Assembly: GCA_964016885.1 (NCBI GenBank)
Contig: OZ024743.1
Location: 270,258,001 to 270,322,000, forward strand
Direction of reading: 5' to 3'
DNA: 64,000 nt
From: Eledone cirrhosa
Lineage: Eukaryota
Below, piece by piece: positions 62,301 through 64,000 of this stretch. How positions within the stretch are numbered: the stretch's first letter is position 1; every line of letters starts with the position of its first letter. The notes below the pieces were generated by a model. That model worked only from the letters and a program-made list of their open reading frames with translations. It was not told the DNA's origin and made no database searches. A program made the translations under genes and the position numbers.

Positions 62301-64000
62301 GGTGGCGTTGATGTTACTGGTGTTGGTAGTAGTGTTTGAGGTGGTGTTGATGTTAGTGGTATTGGTAGTAGTGTTTGAGGTGGTGTTGATGTTAGTGGTG
62401 TTGTTAGTAGTGTTTGAGGAGGTGTTGATGTTAGTGGTGTTGGTAGTAGTGTTTGAGGTGGTGTTGATGTTAGTGGTATTGGTAGTAGTGTTTGAGGTGG
62501 TGTTGATGTTAGTGGTGTTGGTAGTAGTGTTTGAGGTGGTGTTGATGTTAGTGGTGTTGGTAGTAGTGTTTCAGGTGGTGTTGATGTTAGTGGTGTTGGT
62601 AGTAGTGTTTGAAGTGGTGTTGATGTTTGTGGTGTTGGTAGTAGTGTTTGAGGAGGTGTTGATGTTAGTGGTGTTGGCAGTAGTGTTTGAGGTGGTGTTG
62701 ATGTTAGTGGTATTGGTAGTAGTGTTTGAGGTGGTGTTGATGTTAGTGGTGTTGGTAGTAGTGTTTGAGGTGGTGTTGATGTTAGCGGTGTTGGTAGTAG
62801 TGTTTGAGGTGGTGTTGATGTTTCTGGTGTTGGGGGTAGTGTTTGAGGTGGTGTTGATGTTAGTAGTGTTGGTAGTAGTGTTTGAGGTGGTGTTGATGTT
62901 TGTGGTGTTGGTAGTAGTGTTTGAGGAGGTGTTGGTGTTAGTGGTGTTGGTAGTAGTGTTTGAGGTGGTGTTGATGTTAGTGGTGTTGGTAGTAGTGTTT
63001 GAGGTGGTGTTGATGTTAGTGGTGTTGGTAGTAGTGTTTGAGGTGGTGTTGATGTTACTGGTGTTGGTAGTAGTGTTTGAGGTGGTGTTGATGTTAGTGG
63101 TATTGGTAGTAGTGTTTGAGGTGGTGTTGATGTTAGCGGTGTTGATAGTAGTGTTTGAGGAGGTGTTGATGTTAGTGGTGTTGGTAGTAGTGTTTGAGGT
63201 GGTGTTGATGTTAGAGGTGTTGGTAGTAGTATATGAGGTGGTGTTGATGTTAGTGGTGTTGGTAGTAGTGTTTGAGGTGGTGTTGATGTTAGTGGTGTTG
63301 GTAGTAGTGTTTGAGGTGGTGTTGATGTTACTGGTGTTGGTAGTAGTGTTTGAGGTGGTGTTGATGTTAGTGGTATTGGTAGTAGTGTTTGAGGTGGTGT
63401 TGATGTTAGCGGTGTTGATAGTAGTGTTTGAGGAGGTGTTGATGTTAGTTGTGTTGGTAGTAGTGTTTGAGGTGGTGTTGATGTTAGAGGTGTTGGTAGT
63501 AGTATATGAGGTGGTGTTGATGTTAGTGGTGTTGGTAGTAGTGTTTGAGGTGGTGTTGATGTTAGTGGTGTTGGTAGTAGTGTTTGAGGTGGTGTTGATG
63601 TTAGCGGTGTTGGTAGTAGTGTTTGAGGTGGTGTTGATGTTAGTGGTATTGGTAGTAGTGTTTGAGGTGGTGTTGATGTTAGTGGTGTTGGTAGTAGTGT
63701 TTGAGGTGGTGGTGGTGTTAGTGGTGTTGGTAGTAGTGTTTGATGTGGTGTTGATATTAGTGGTGTTGGTAGTAGTGTTTGAGGTGGTATTTATGTTAGT
63801 GGTATTGGTAGTAGTGTTAGAGGTGGTGTTGATGTTAGTGGTGTTGGTAGTAGTGTTTGAGGTGGTGTTGATGTTAGTGGTGTTGGTAGTAGTGTTTGAG
63901 GTGGTGTTGATGTAGTGGTGTTGGTAGTAGTGTTTGAGGTGGTGTTGGTGTTAGAGGTGTTGGTAGTAGTGTTTGAGGTGGTGTTGATGTTAGTGGTGTT
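56392..64000 (+). repeat. Long-range duplication: 56392-about 58400 recurs at 61786-64000 (related copy at 44466-about 46500)
   Basis: Shared GTATTTATG (about 58198/63787), the ATGTAGTGG 1-bp deletion (58321/63910, also about 46394), and an internal 273-bp (7-monomer) duplication marked by TATATGAG (57641/57914 and 63230/63503). Confidence 0.85.

Larger units (their letters stand above)
16088..64000 (+). repeat. 39-bp tandem array, GT-rich strand on + (right part, continues beyond window end)
   Basis: Same monomer continuous to position 64000, with no non-repeat insertion seen. Confidence 0.98.

Noticed and set aside
416-63915. Long + strand Val/Leu-rich ORFs (up to 2616 aa) as membrane proteins
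   Set aside because: They are translations of a stop-free frame of the 39-bp monomer. Starts are arbitrary in-repeat codons (mostly GTG), ends mostly fall at 1-bp deletions, and there is no unique domain.
1-64000. CRISPR array (repeat length in the 30-40 bp range)
   Set aside because: Monomers are head-to-tail with no unique spacers, no leader and no cas genes.
1-64000. Bisulfite-converted or synthetic low-complexity sequence
   Set aside because: Non-CpG cytosines persist as heritable variants, a C-rich inverted block is present, and variants show nested duplication history.
1-64000. Canonical telomerase repeat (TTAGG/TTAGGG)
   Set aside because: TTAG is followed by TGG in the consensus. 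TTAGG(G) occurs only as isolated variants (about 2055, 11022, 28983, 32101).

Overview
The whole 64-kb window is one tandem array of a 39-bp monomer (consensus GTGGTGTTGATGTTA-GTGGTGTTGGTA-GTAGTGTTTGAG, about 1,640 copies) that runs off both ends. I see no unique sequence, conventional gene, RNA gene, transposon or CRISPR array. The + strand consensus has no C (17 G, 17 T, 5 A). The long ORFs arise because 39 is a multiple of 3 and three of six frames lack stops (FEVVLMLVVLVVV on +; TTTNTTNINTTSN and PQTLLPTPLTSTP on -). The informative structure is: (1) a 3.18-kb inverted segment at about 12912-16087 that is a slightly diverged inverted copy of upstream array sequence, with similar hairpin-like TGACA(C/A)CA junctions; (2) nested higher-order repeats and regional subfamilies marked by variant monomers; (3) substitutions that look synonymous or conservative in the Thr/Asn mucin-like frame, although stops and frameshifts have also been amplified. 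It is most likely eukaryotic satellite or minisatellite DNA, possibly derived from a mucin-type coding VNTR. I cannot assign an organism, and the sequence does not support a novel multi-gene system.
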